NCBI GenBank assembly: GCA_964641245.1
Contig: CAZXML010000004.1
Coordinates: 5,418 to 69,417 of the forward strand
Direction: 5' to 3'
DNA: 64,000 bases
Origin: an uncultured Gammaproteobacteria bacterium
Lineage (GTDB): Bacteria > Patescibacteriota > Patescibacteriia > Magasanikbacterales > GWA2-37-8
The notes beneath the pieces are model-generated. The model did not search any database, was not told the origin of the DNA, and saw only the letters and a list, made by a program, of their open reading frames with translations. A program made the translations under genes and the position numbers. Below are positions 45,905-54,947 of this stretch, one piece after another; the first letter of the stretch is position 1, and every line of letters begins with the position of its first letter.

Positions 45905-46019
45905 TTTTGGAATGGAAATTCTAATTTTCAAAAGCACATCAGCATGAACCGTACTTGACTTGACAAGACGGTTCTTTTTTATTTTATATGTGTTATAATA
46001 TTTTTGAAATTTCATTGGA

Positions 46020-46066
46020 AATTTCAAAAAATATTTCACTGTTTATTTCACTCACTCATTTCGAAT
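46020..46066 (+). promoter_or_regulatory. Partial copy of conserved leader motif (...TTTCACTCACTCATTTCGAAT-ATG)
   Basis: Shares its 3' ~25 nt with the leaders at 15868-15899, 26170-26192 and 53989-54020. Confidence 0.45.
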
Positions 46067-46615
46067 ATGGACCTAACTTTAATCCTCGGGCCGATGAAAA
46101 GCGGAAAATCTTTTGACTTAATAAGTTATTTTGCGCCGTTAAAATTCACCGATATCCCGCACATACTTTATCAGTCTAAACGCAATGTCCGCGACGAACA
46201 TATTTCTTCCCGCAACGGAGTAGTAATAGAAGCCAAAAAAGTTAGCGCCTTAAGCGAAGCTTTAGAAAACAATTTTACTATTGTCGGCATAGACGAACTG
46301 CATATGTTTGATCCCAAAGATGTGGCGGTCGTGGCCGAGTTATTAAAAAGGGGAGTAAAAGTGGTAGCCGCCGGACTGGATTTGGATTATCGGGGAAAAA
46401 TGTTTGATGTGGTAAAAGGACTTTTAGAGCTTGGTCCCAAAGAAGTTCGTTATAAAAGGGCTGTTTGCGAACTCTGCCGTCAACCCTCCGCTGTTTATTC
46501 CCAAGTATTTAGCAAAGGACTTCCTCTTACCGAAGGCATGCCCCCGGTAATTCCGGACGATGGCACCTTCACTTACCAGCCTGTCTGCCGCAATTGTTTT
46601 GTCACCGCCTCGTAG
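46067..46615 (+). CDS. tdk: Thymidine kinase
   Basis: MDLTLILGPMKSGKS P-loop start and a C-terminal zinc ribbon (CELC...CRNC). The track ORF start at 46004 is upstream of the conserved N-terminus. Confidence 0.85.
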   Translation: MDLTLILGPMKSGKSFDLISYFAPLKFTDIPHILYQSKRNVRDEHISSRNGVVIEAKKVSALSEALENNFTIVGIDELHMFDPKDVAVVAELLKRGVKVVAAGLDLDYRGKMFDVVKGLLELGPKEVRYKRAVCELCRQPSAVYSQVFSKGLPLTEGMPPVIPDDGTFTYQPVCRNCFVTAS

Positions 46616-46626
46616 TGGTGAATTGG

Positions 46627-46670
46627 CATCCCTCGTCGTCCCGCTATGGCGGGCTTCGCTCGGGATGACA
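46627..46670. repeat. Family B palindromic element directly after the tdk stop
   Basis: CATCCCTCGTCGTCCCGCTATGGCGGGCTTCGCTCGGGATGACA. Confidence 0.75.
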
Positions 46671-46759
46671 ATATACAAACACAACATATCCACAGTGCTG
46701 TTATCTGTAAATCATGGTATAATTTAGCGTAGAGAAGACAGGAAAAAACTTGAACCTTT

Positions 46760-49021
46760 ATGGTTTTAGGAGGAAAAATTGCGAAGTTAATATTGTTAAT
46801 AGTAGCAACACTTTTTTTGGTGAAGCCGGTTTTTGCGTCCACCACCGACGGCACTATCAGTACAGGAAACGCCTGGAGCGCAAAAATTGGCTGGATAAAT
46901 TTTGCCGCCGCCAACGGCAACGCGCATGTCACAGATTCACAATTAACCGGTTATGTTTGGAACAGTCTTTATGGCTGGATTAAATTAAACCCCGCCAACA
47001 GCGGAGTTACAAATAACTCCGAAGGCGCCTTGTCGGGAAGCGCCTGGGGAGAAAATATCGGCTGGATAGATTTTTCCGGAGTAACTATTCTTGCCAGCGG
47101 AGTTTTTTCCGGCGCGGCCAGCGGCGACAATACCGGGTCTGTAAATTTTAGCTGCGCAAATTGTTTGGTGCAAACCGATTGGCGTCCGGCCAGTTCGCGA
47201 GTCGTCCCTGTCGGCGGCGCCACTCTGCCTCCCGCCGCCGGTTCTCCGCCAGTGGCGCCTTATTTAATTATTTTAAATAACGGCGCGCCGCAAACCAACT
47301 CAAGTACCATAATTATTACTCTGCGCGGAAGCGCGGACACCTCTTATGCCTGGGTGGCGGAGGATTCTTTGTTTACCAATAATCCTACGCGGGTAGATTT
47401 TAGTCCCGCAGTCATGGAAGTAAACATTCCGTTTGTTTTAAGTTCCGGCGAAGGTCAAAAAACTATCTACGCGAAATTTTGCAATCAGTGGGGGACATGC
47501 AGCGGTTTAATTTCCAATTCCATTTTATATACAGTTGTAATCGCTCCGCCGCCACCGGTAATTTCCCCAATTTCTCCAATTTCCTTACCATCCACAACCG
47601 TCGGCCAAATCATAGACCAGGTCAAAGGCGTAGTCGGGCAAATTTTATCCAGAATATTTCCGGTTAAAGTAATAACGGCTCCGCTTGCAAAATTATATTC
47701 CGAAGCCAAGCTTTGGTTCCCGTACTGGTTTAAAGCGCCGCCGGTGGAACAAATTCCGATTGAGCGTTTTGTATCCAAGAAAACCCCTTTTGCTTTTAGA
47801 GGCAAATGGAATTACCTTGACCCCAAGCCAATCAATAGATTCGTATTCGCTCCTTTGCCAAAAGAATTTTTGGCTTTAACCAACAAATTTCCGCAGTTAA
47901 AAAATATTTTACAGCAGGTTGGTATTGATCGTCTAAGCGATATAGAAAAATTAAAATCCGTCCAAATGTATTTGCCCAGTTTAACGCGCGCCATTACTTT
48001 TAGCGCGCCAAAAATAATCCCCGGTCAAATTGACGGGCAAACAACCACGCTTCCTTCAGGCCAAATATTAGCCGGCCAATTTGCCGAAGAAAAAGCCATT
48101 CCTATCGGCGATTTAACTCCGAATCTTAAAGATAAAATACCAACCGACGTAGTGTTCGCGCGCGCGTCCGGCCAGCTGGTAGATTTCAAAATAGCCTTGT
48201 CATTAACTGCCAAAAACCGGCCCGAGCAAAAAATTTCTACCATCTCCGGAAAGACTCTGTCGCTTACCGTTAGGCCGGAATTCCCGGCTAAACGCGTCCG
48301 CGGTTTTTTGGTGTTTAGATCAAAATCACCGCAGGCCAGAGCGGAAATGCCGCTGGCTAATTTAATAAATTCATTAATTTTTGCCCAACCGGCCTTTGCC
48401 TACACCCAAGAACAGCCGGTAGAAGTAGAAGAAAAGCTGGTTTTGTTGGAATTTGAATATACCGATCCGGATGGCGATGGTATTTATAACGCCGAAATTC
48501 AAGCGCCAATCCCGACCGGAGAATACGAAATTATTACGGTTATAGATTATGTGGATCCGGAAATGGGAATAAAACAAATCCGATTAATTACCGTGATTGA
48601 TCCGGAAGGTTATGTCTTTGAAAAAGTAGGTGATAAAGAATTGCGCATCCCCGGAGCCGTTGCTACTCTTTATCATTTTAATCCGGAAACAAAAGCCTAC
48701 GAAGTCTGGCCGGCCAAAGATTTCCAGCAAGACAACCCGCAAGTTACCGGCTTAAGCGGCAGTTATTCATTCCTGGTACCGGGCGGAACCTACTCTATAA
48801 AAATAGAGGCTCCCGGTTATCTTACCTACGAAGGCAAGCCGTTTATAGTAGAAGAGGGAAGCGGTGTTCATGCCAACATAGAATTAAAAGCCCAGTATTG
48901 GTGGTTAAAAGTCCTAGATTGGAAAACCGCGCTCCTAATTTTGGTGGCCATGTTATTGTTATGGAATTTTTATAAAGACAGGCGGAGGGAGAAAGCTGAA
49001 ATTAAGAAATTGGGAAATTAG
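46760..49021 (+). CDS. Large type-I membrane-anchored surface protein with GW-containing N-terminal repeats
   Basis: Signal peptide. Repeats GWINF/GWIKL/GWIDF. Pro-rich linker. Ig-like or carboxypeptidase-regulatory-like C-terminal region. C-terminal transmembrane helix plus a basic tail. Confidence 0.5.
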   Translation: MVLGGKIAKLILLIVATLFLVKPVFASTTDGTISTGNAWSAKIGWINFAAANGNAHVTDSQLTGYVWNSLYGWIKLNPANSGVTNNSEGALSGSAWGENIGWIDFSGVTILASGVFSGAASGDNTGSVNFSCANCLVQTDWRPASSRVVPVGGATLPPAAGSPPVAPYLIILNNGAPQTNSSTIIITLRGSADTSYAWVAEDSLFTNNPTRVDFSPAVMEVNIPFVLSSGEGQKTIYAKFCNQWGTCSGLISNSILYTVVIAPPPPVISPISPISLPSTTVGQIIDQVKGVVGQILSRIFPVKVITAPLAKLYSEAKLWFPYWFKAPPVEQIPIERFVSKKTPFAFRGKWNYLDPKPINRFVFAPLPKEFLALTNKFPQLKNILQQVGIDRLSDIEKLKSVQMYLPSLTRAITFSAPKIIPGQIDGQTTTLPSGQILAGQFAEEKAIPIGDLTPNLKDKIPTDVVFARASGQLVDFKIALSLTAKNRPEQKISTISGKTLSLTVRPEFPAKRVRGFLVFRSKSPQARAEMPLANLINSLIFAQPAFAYTQEQPVEVEEKLVLLEFEYTDPDGDGIYNAEIQAPIPTGEYEIITVIDYVDPEMGIKQIRLITVIDPEGYVFEKVGDKELRIPGAVATLYHFNPETKAYEVWPAKDFQQDNPQVTGLSGSYSFLVPGGTYSIKIEAPGYLTYEGKPFIVEEGSGVHANIELKAQYWWLKVLDWKTALLILVAMLLLWNFYKDRRREKAEIKKLGN

Positions 49022-49027
49022 GAAATT

Positions 49028-49411
49028 ATGAATAGTACTGTTTATGTAATGTTGGAGAATCTGGATGTTTATAAATTAGCGCGTGATTATTCCAGAAGAG
49101 GCTGGGAAATGTACGAAAAATTTGATTGGCAGCAAAGAAAAGTTATTGGTGATCAGGCTATTACAAGTATTGATTCGGTTGGCGCAAACATCGCGGAAGG
49201 CTATGGCAGATTCCACTACTTGGATAAAAATAAGTTTTATTACATTGCCCGCGGTTCATTATTCGAATCAAAGCATTGGTTGGAATTGCTAAAAGAAAGA
49301 AAACTTGTATCCGAAGAGAAATATGCGGAAATGCTGGAAGTACATAAGAATATATTGTTAAAACTTAATTTATTAATTAAATCACAATTAAATCAAAAAA
49401 GTATTTCTTAA
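49028..49411 (+). CDS. Four-helix-bundle protein (TIGR02436-type; Avd-like fold)
   Basis: LDVYKLARDY...SVGANIAEGYGRF...FYYIARGSLFESKHWLELL matches the signature of this family, which includes DGR accessory Avd proteins. Confidence 0.75.
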   Translation: MNSTVYVMLENLDVYKLARDYSRRGWEMYEKFDWQQRKVIGDQAITSIDSVGANIAEGYGRFHYLDKNKFYYIARGSLFESKHWLELLKERKLVSEEKYAEMLEVHKNILLKLNLLIKSQLNQKSIS

Positions 49412-49498
49412 TTTCCAAATCATCGACTTGTTTATTTCGCAATCATTAATTTCATAATTTCTTAATCATTTTTAATTATTTCTTAATTTCAAACGCGT

Positions 49499-49873
49499 AT
49501 GAAATCAAAAGCATATTGGGTGGTAATATTTCTGGTCATGTTTGGAACCAGCGTACTTTTTGGCCTGCTGTATTTTCAAACCAACAAAGAATTGCAAGGC
49601 ACAAAAATAGCGCTGTCTACCCAGCGTTATAACGCCAAGTACCTGGATTTTCTAAAAATGTTTATCAGACTGGTTATAAAATCCGACAAAGAAGTGGATT
49701 TTGAAACGCGTTTGAAATTGGAAAACAACATCCGCGAGCTTTCCGCCGAATATAATGACCCGGAAATTTTGCTCCAATGGCAAAAGTTTGTGGCCTCTAC
49801 CAACGAATTCGAAGCGCAAAAAAACGTCAAAGATTTACTGGCCATGCTGGTGGATAAGACATATCTTAAATAA
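49499..49873 (+). CDS. Hypothetical membrane-anchored protein
   Basis: N-terminal transmembrane helix and a helical C-terminus. Confidence 0.4.
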   Translation: MKSKAYWVVIFLVMFGTSVLFGLLYFQTNKELQGTKIALSTQRYNAKYLDFLKMFIRLVIKSDKEVDFETRLKLENNIRELSAEYNDPEILLQWQKFVASTNEFEAQKNVKDLLAMLVDKTYLK

Positions 49874-49962
49874 ATTTGATATTAATACACAGCTACTGGG
49901 GATAAGTCTGTTTGACTAAAGAAAAAACATGAAATTTGTGGTATAATAATGGAGACAGTTAT

Positions 49963-52900
49963 ATGCTAACCTTAGGAAAAAGAAAACTTTTTAAAATTTT
50001 AGAAATATCCTCTATTTTTGTCGGTGTCATCATGGCGCTTTATTATTTTTATCCGGTTTTTGCCGCTCCTCCTACTACTCCATACGCGCCCGGCGAAACC
50101 ACCGATCCCGCTTGTACTCCCGGCAGTACTAATTGTACAGTTTACCCGCCTCTCACCACCACCCTCACCACTTCCACGGCCATTACTATGGCCACATCTG
50201 CTTTACGGTTTGCTTACGACTCTACAAATTATACCGCCCTCACAGTGGCCGCAGATGGCGCGCTCACGGTCAGTTCCACCGGCGGTGTCACCACTACTTT
50301 TGCCAATAAAATTTCGGTTTTAGCCAATTCATATTTCTCCACTATTTCCAGTGGCACCTGGAATGGTAGTGTTATTGGCGTTGCTTATGGCGGCACCAAC
50401 AGTTCCACCATTGGCCCAGCCGGCTCTGTCGCATATTCTAACGCCAGCAGTTACTTGTTTACCGCCGCCGGTACAGCCGGACAAATTTTGCAGGCCAATG
50501 GCACCGGCGCTCCTACTTGGATAAATACCAGCACCATGGGATTTGTTAATCTGCAGGGCGTTACGTCCGGTACGCAACAAACTGGAAATTTTAATATTAG
50601 CGGCACTGGCCTTATCGGCGCCGCTCTGGGCATCAACACCACTAGCCCCATCGCAAGTTTATCAGTGCAAGGAACGGGAACAAAAAACCCTTTCACTATC
50701 GTTTCTTCAACCAATGGGTCAATGTTGACTGTTTTGACGAACGGGAATGTTGGGATTGGCACTTCCACCCCTTCTGAAAAACTTCAGGTGGTGGGAAATA
50801 TTTCGAATGTGATTGATTCTAACACCACTTTTTCATCTTCCATCGCCACTGTAGGCACAAGTCCTTATGATATCTTTGTTTCCGGCCGCTACGCCTACGT
50901 GACAAATTATGGCGGAGGTACCCTTTCAATCGTAGATGTAACCGACCCTTTAAGACCTTCAGAAATCTCAACTGTTAGTGTAGGCACAAGCCCTTATTCG
51001 GTTTATGTCTCCGGTCACTATGCTTATACAGCAAATTATAACGCTGGTACTATTTCCGTCGTTGATGTTTCTAATCACGCTGTTCCTAAAATAGCTGCTA
51101 CTTTTAGTATATCTAAACCTGCGGGAATTTATGTCTCCGGTCGCTATGCTTATGTGACTAATTTTGATTCCAGTACCATTTCAGTTGTAGATGTATCCAA
51201 CCCCCTTAGCCTTGCTTTTGTTGCGAGCACTACCGCAGGAACGAACCCTCTTCAGATTTATGTGCAAGGAAATTATGCGTATGTGGCTAATAGGGGTAGC
51301 AGTTACATCTCAATAATAGATATTTCTAATCCTTCTGCCCCTCGCAACGTTGCCAATCCGGTTGTGGGTATATCCCCTCACGATATACACGTTTCTGGCC
51401 GTTATGCTTATGTTTCAGTATTGGAAAATGATAATTTTGCAGTTGTAGATATTTCTAATCCAAACGTTCCTGTGGTGGTAACTAGCACCCCTGCAAGCAG
51501 TGGACTGGGCGGTTATGCTTTGTACGTTTCTGGCCGTTACGCTTATGTGACCAGGAGCGCTTCAAGCACTTTAGCTGTTATAGATATTTCTAATTCATCC
51601 ACCCCCGTTTTAGCCGCCACAATTCCTGTATCCCCAGGCCCTGGCGGTGTTTATGTTTCCGGTCGCTACGCCTATGTGACAAATTATAGCGGCAGCAGTA
51701 TTACCGTCATCGACATCTCCGGCACCGAGGTCACTTCACTCATCGCCCACAGCGCCGAGGTGGGGAATCTGCAATCCCGAAACGACATTTTTGCCGAAGG
51801 AAATATAATGGCCGGCACTTCGCTGTCGGTTGGTGCTGGAGGTATTATGTCCCAAGGCGCATTGTCTGTCTTTGCTTCTTCTACCGATGCCACATCTTCT
51901 ATTTTCAATGTTTCATCCGCCCAGACATCAAATATATTTAATGTTTTTGCGAATGGAAAAATTGGTATTGGTAGTTCCACTCCGTCAACACTATTGGTCG
52001 TAAATGGAACTTCTACGATGAACGGATTACAGATTTTAAATAGGGGTTCAGCGGCTGTTCCTGCTCTGGCTATTGGCACAGCTACAGATGGTATTTATCA
52101 GCGAACCGCTACCACTTTGAACATTACCACCAATGGCGCGATTACAGCCGAATTTTATAACGGTTCAATATCAACAAACGACTTAAAAGTAAGTGCGATA
52201 TACAATGGAAGTACTGCGGGAAGCAGTGGTGGAGGTGTCATTGATTTAACCACAGTAGGATTAACTCTGGGGATTGATGGGAACGCTGCAATTTTGAATA
52301 TTAAAAATAATGTGGTCGGCATAAATACTACCACCATAAACTCCACCCTCACAGTGCAGGGCACGGATAGCATCAATCCATTTTCTATCCTTTCCTCCAC
52401 CACAGCTTCTCTGCTCACCGTTCTCACCAACGGCAATATTGGCGTCAACTCATCTAGTCCTATTGCAACTTTGGCAGTACAAGGAAATTACGGAACAAAT
52501 CCTTTTTCTATAAACTCCTCAACTGGAGCAACTATGTTAAACGTTCAAACTAATGGAACAGTTAATGTGGGAATGGGAGCTCTTTCTATTAGACACAACA
52601 ACGCTGTTACTAACAACGCAGTTTTTACTGCTGGTTCATCTGGTAGTGGGTACTTCAATGTTTGTAATGACGGCTGGTGTACTGGATTTGGAGGTGACGC
52701 GCCTGTTGCAGTCACCACTGGGTTTCAGCTTTATGGCGCGGCTCCCATCATTTTTGAGGGGAGTACTGACAATTCATTTGAAACTCGTTTGAATGTTGTC
52801 GAACCTACAGCCGACCGAACTGTTCTACTTCAAAATTTAAGCGGGACGGTTGTTATCACTGAATTAACTACCAATAATGTCGGCCTCGGCACCACCACCC

Positions 52901-53940
52901 CGCAAGCAAAACTAACTATCCAAAGCACCAGCTCCAATCCTTTTTCCATCGTAACTTCAACTGCAGGGGCCGAATCTATGTTCATTGTTTTGACGAATGG
53001 GAATGTTGGTATCGGAAGTTCCACCCCTTCCTATAACTTTGTTTCTACTGGTACGGCTGCTTTAGCAAATCTCCCCTCCGGCGCTCTTTCTGATATTCTT
53101 GTTTGCTGGACTACAGACGGACAATTAACCAGGCAAGCCACCAACTGCACTGTTTCATCTGCTCGTTTCAAAGAAAATATCCAATCTCTATCATCGGATA
53201 AACTAATGGAAAAAGTTCAAAAACTAAGAGTGGTTAGTTTTGATTACAAGTCTAATGGACAACCGAGCGAGGGTTTTATCGCCGAAGAAATTGCCCTAAT
53301 AGACCCAATGCTGGTTGTTTATACCGATAGTTACACTCCGGAAGATCTGGCTTTTGAACAGGCTAATTATCCAAGTTCAACCTTATATAAAGACGGTAAA
53401 ATATTAATTCCGCAAACAGTTGATTATTCCCGAATCTCGGTTCTTCTTACCGGCGCATTGCAAGATATAGATGCCAGATTGACCGCTTATGTTGCTTCAG
53501 CAGAGTTAATGTCTTCGGTATTCAGTATTGATGTAGCGGATATTAGCAACGACATGCCAAACTTTGCCACTGTAATTTTGGACAAATTTACTTTGGCTGT
53601 AAAAAATAGCTTAAGAAAATTGGGCCTGCTGATAAAAGATGGCGTGGCCATGGTAAAAGAATTGGTGGCGGATAAAGTGAAGACTAACCAGTTGTGCGTC
53701 GGCCAGACTTGTATAAACGAACAGCAATTGCAAGATATTTTGAGTAAAACTCAAACTCAAGCCACTCCGGTACCTGTCATCCCGAGCGAGGTCGTAGCCG
53801 ACGAGGGATTTTTGTCCACCACAACACAGGATTCTAACGTACCTGACACAACTCCAGCAACTGTCTCTGAAGAAACTCTAAGCTCTACGCTTCCAACCGT
53901 TCCCGATGAATCAGCTGATATAGTCACTTCAACTCCATAG
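49963..53940 (+). CDS. Giant surface protein: LVIVD-repeat beta-propeller, phage-tail-fibre-like G(N)(V/I)GIG(T/S)S(T/S)P repeats, C-terminal S74-type intramolecular chaperone domain
   Basis: TATAAT box at 49942, GGAGA Shine-Dalgarno sequence, then ATG at 49963. About eight SGRYAYVTNY...ISVVDVSNP units. Five LTVLTNGNVGIGTSTPS-like units. C-terminal SSARFKENIQSLSSDKLMEKVQKLRVVSFDYK matches the endosialidase-chaperone consensus. Confidence 0.6.
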   Translation: MLTLGKRKLFKILEISSIFVGVIMALYYFYPVFAAPPTTPYAPGETTDPACTPGSTNCTVYPPLTTTLTTSTAITMATSALRFAYDSTNYTALTVAADGALTVSSTGGVTTTFANKISVLANSYFSTISSGTWNGSVIGVAYGGTNSSTIGPAGSVAYSNASSYLFTAAGTAGQILQANGTGAPTWINTSTMGFVNLQGVTSGTQQTGNFNISGTGLIGAALGINTTSPIASLSVQGTGTKNPFTIVSSTNGSMLTVLTNGNVGIGTSTPSEKLQVVGNISNVIDSNTTFSSSIATVGTSPYDIFVSGRYAYVTNYGGGTLSIVDVTDPLRPSEISTVSVGTSPYSVYVSGHYAYTANYNAGTISVVDVSNHAVPKIAATFSISKPAGIYVSGRYAYVTNFDSSTISVVDVSNPLSLAFVASTTAGTNPLQIYVQGNYAYVANRGSSYISIIDISNPSAPRNVANPVVGISPHDIHVSGRYAYVSVLENDNFAVVDISNPNVPVVVTSTPASSGLGGYALYVSGRYAYVTRSASSTLAVIDISNSSTPVLAATIPVSPGPGGVYVSGRYAYVTNYSGSSITVIDISGTEVTSLIAHSAEVGNLQSRNDIFAEGNIMAGTSLSVGAGGIMSQGALSVFASSTDATSSIFNVSSAQTSNIFNVFANGKIGIGSSTPSTLLVVNGTSTMNGLQILNRGSAAVPALAIGTATDGIYQRTATTLNITTNGAITAEFYNGSISTNDLKVSAIYNGSTAGSSGGGVIDLTTVGLTLGIDGNAAILNIKNNVVGINTTTINSTLTVQGTDSINPFSILSSTTASLLTVLTNGNIGVNSSSPIATLAVQGNYGTNPFSINSSTGATMLNVQTNGTVNVGMGALSIRHNNAVTNNAVFTAGSSGSGYFNVCNDGWCTGFGGDAPVAVTTGFQLYGAAPIIFEGSTDNSFETRLNVVEPTADRTVLLQNLSGTVVITELTTNNVGLGTTTPQAKLTIQSTSSNPFSIVTSTAGAESMFIVLTNGNVGIGSSTPSYNFVSTGTAALANLPSGALSDILVCWTTDGQLTRQATNCTVSSARFKENIQSLSSDKLMEKVQKLRVVSFDYKSNGQPSEGFIAEEIALIDPMLVVYTDSYTPEDLAFEQANYPSSTLYKDGKILIPQTVDYSRISVLLTGALQDIDARLTAYVASAELMSSVFSIDVADISNDMPNFATVILDKFTLAVKNSLRKLGLLIKDGVAMVKELVADKVKTNQLCVGQTCINEQQLQDILSKTQTQATPVPVIPSEVVADEGFLSTTTQDSNVPDTTPATVSEETLSSTLPTVPDESADIVTSTP

Positions 53941-53988
53941 TTATTACGGATTTGCTATCGCAAAATGGTTGTGATAAAATAACGAAAT

Positions 53989-54020
53989 CAAGCTAAATAT
54001 TTTATTCACTCATTTCGATT
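53989..54020 (+). promoter_or_regulatory. Conserved leader motif CAAGCTAAATATTTTATTCACTCATTTCGATT-ATG
   Basis: About 90% identical to 15868-15899 upstream of ctpA. Confidence 0.5.
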
Positions 54021-54386
54021 ATGGAAAAAGAGAAAGAGCCAACCATACAAGATGTCCTTGACGCCATGCATGCTTTTGCGGGCAATACGCAAGAGAGATT
54101 TGAGAAAATAGACGAGAGATTTGAGAATATAGATGAAAGATTTGATAAAATAGACGAGAGATTTGATAATCTGGAAAAAAATCTGCGTTTAGAAATCGGC
54201 AAAGCAAGAGATGAGGCGTTCGTGCATGCAGACAGAAAATCGGAAGAAGTAATTGTGGAGGTGGGTAAAATAATAAATAGACGCGCCGAACATGAAAATA
54301 AATTTAAGCATGAATTAGTTTCCGTCATGAAACGTAATTCTTTGTTAGGCGCCAAAGAGCTGAAACATCTGGAGCGGGCGATCTAA
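54021..54386 (+). CDS. Hypothetical coiled-coil protein with tandem ERFxxID heptad repeats
   Basis: Four 21-bp DNA repeats at 54097-54180 encode ERFEKIDERFENIDERFDKIDERFDNL. Confidence 0.45.
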   Translation: MEKEKEPTIQDVLDAMHAFAGNTQERFEKIDERFENIDERFDKIDERFDNLEKNLRLEIGKARDEAFVHADRKSEEVIVEVGKIINRRAEHENKFKHELVSVMKRNSLLGAKELKHLERAI

Positions 54387-54391
54387 TTGGT

Positions 54392-54694
54392 ATGCAAATC
54401 AAATTTAAAAAAGATCAAGTGCCTGATCCGGAAAAATTTATCCGCCGTTGCGGTTATGGCAAAATTATAGACCGCCGTATGAACAAAACCAGCTATGCCA
54501 AACGCATTCATCGCGATTTTTATCCGCGTTTTCACGTGTATATAAAAGTAGACGAAGAAAATGTTATTTTTGACTTGCATCTGGACCAAAAACGCCCTAT
54601 TTACGAAGGCGTCACCGCTCATTCCGGGGAATACGACGGCGAGGTGGTGGAAAGAGAAGGGGAGAGGATACGTTTGTCATTGCGACCCGCCTAG
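54392..54694 (+). CDS. Hypothetical small basic protein
   Basis: 100 aa. The final codons and the stop lie inside the palindromic element at 54675-54768. Confidence 0.35.
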   Translation: MQIKFKKDQVPDPEKFIRRCGYGKIIDRRMNKTSYAKRIHRDFYPRFHVYIKVDEENVIFDLHLDQKRPIYEGVTAHSGEYDGEVVEREGERIRLSLRPA

Positions 54695-54768
54695 GCGGGG
54701 AAGCAATCCCCAAGTATGGCAGTGCTAACCATGGAATTGCCGCGTCGCTACTACTCCTCGCAATGACA
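54675..54768. repeat. Family B-like palindromic element (TGTCATTGCGACCCGCC ... CTCCTCGCAATGACA)
   Basis: 94-bp element with 11-bp perfect terminal inverted repeats. Overlaps the 3' end of ORF 54392-54694. Confidence 0.7.
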
Positions 54769-54850
54769 CCGAACATCCTTGATTATTTGCGTAGATAATG
54801 ATAAAATAAGCAGGCTTAAAGGGGGCTTGTTTTTTTGTAATAAACTATAT

Positions 54851-54942
54851 AAGTATCAAGTATTACGTATTAAGTATTAAGCGCCAATTGTCTGGTCGTA
54901 CGATACCTAATACCTGATACCTAATACTTGATACCTAATACT
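54851..54942. repeat. Long imperfect palindrome of TAATAC(T/C)TGATAC units upstream of secA
   Basis: AGTATCAAGTATTACGTATTAAGTATTAAG ... CCTAATACCTGATACCTAATACTTGATACCTAATACT. Confidence 0.65.
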
Positions 54943-54947
54943 GATTT

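Noticed and set aside
49028-49411. Complete diversity-generating retroelement
   Set aside because: Only the Avd-like four-helix-bundle gene is present. No reverse transcriptase ORF was seen and no TR/VR pair could be identified by eye in this window.
54392-54694. MqsR/RelE-like toxin assignment for the 100-aa basic ORF
   Set aside because: Only a vague pattern resemblance from memory. There is no partner antitoxin with an HTH, and no conserved catalytic residues that I can verify.
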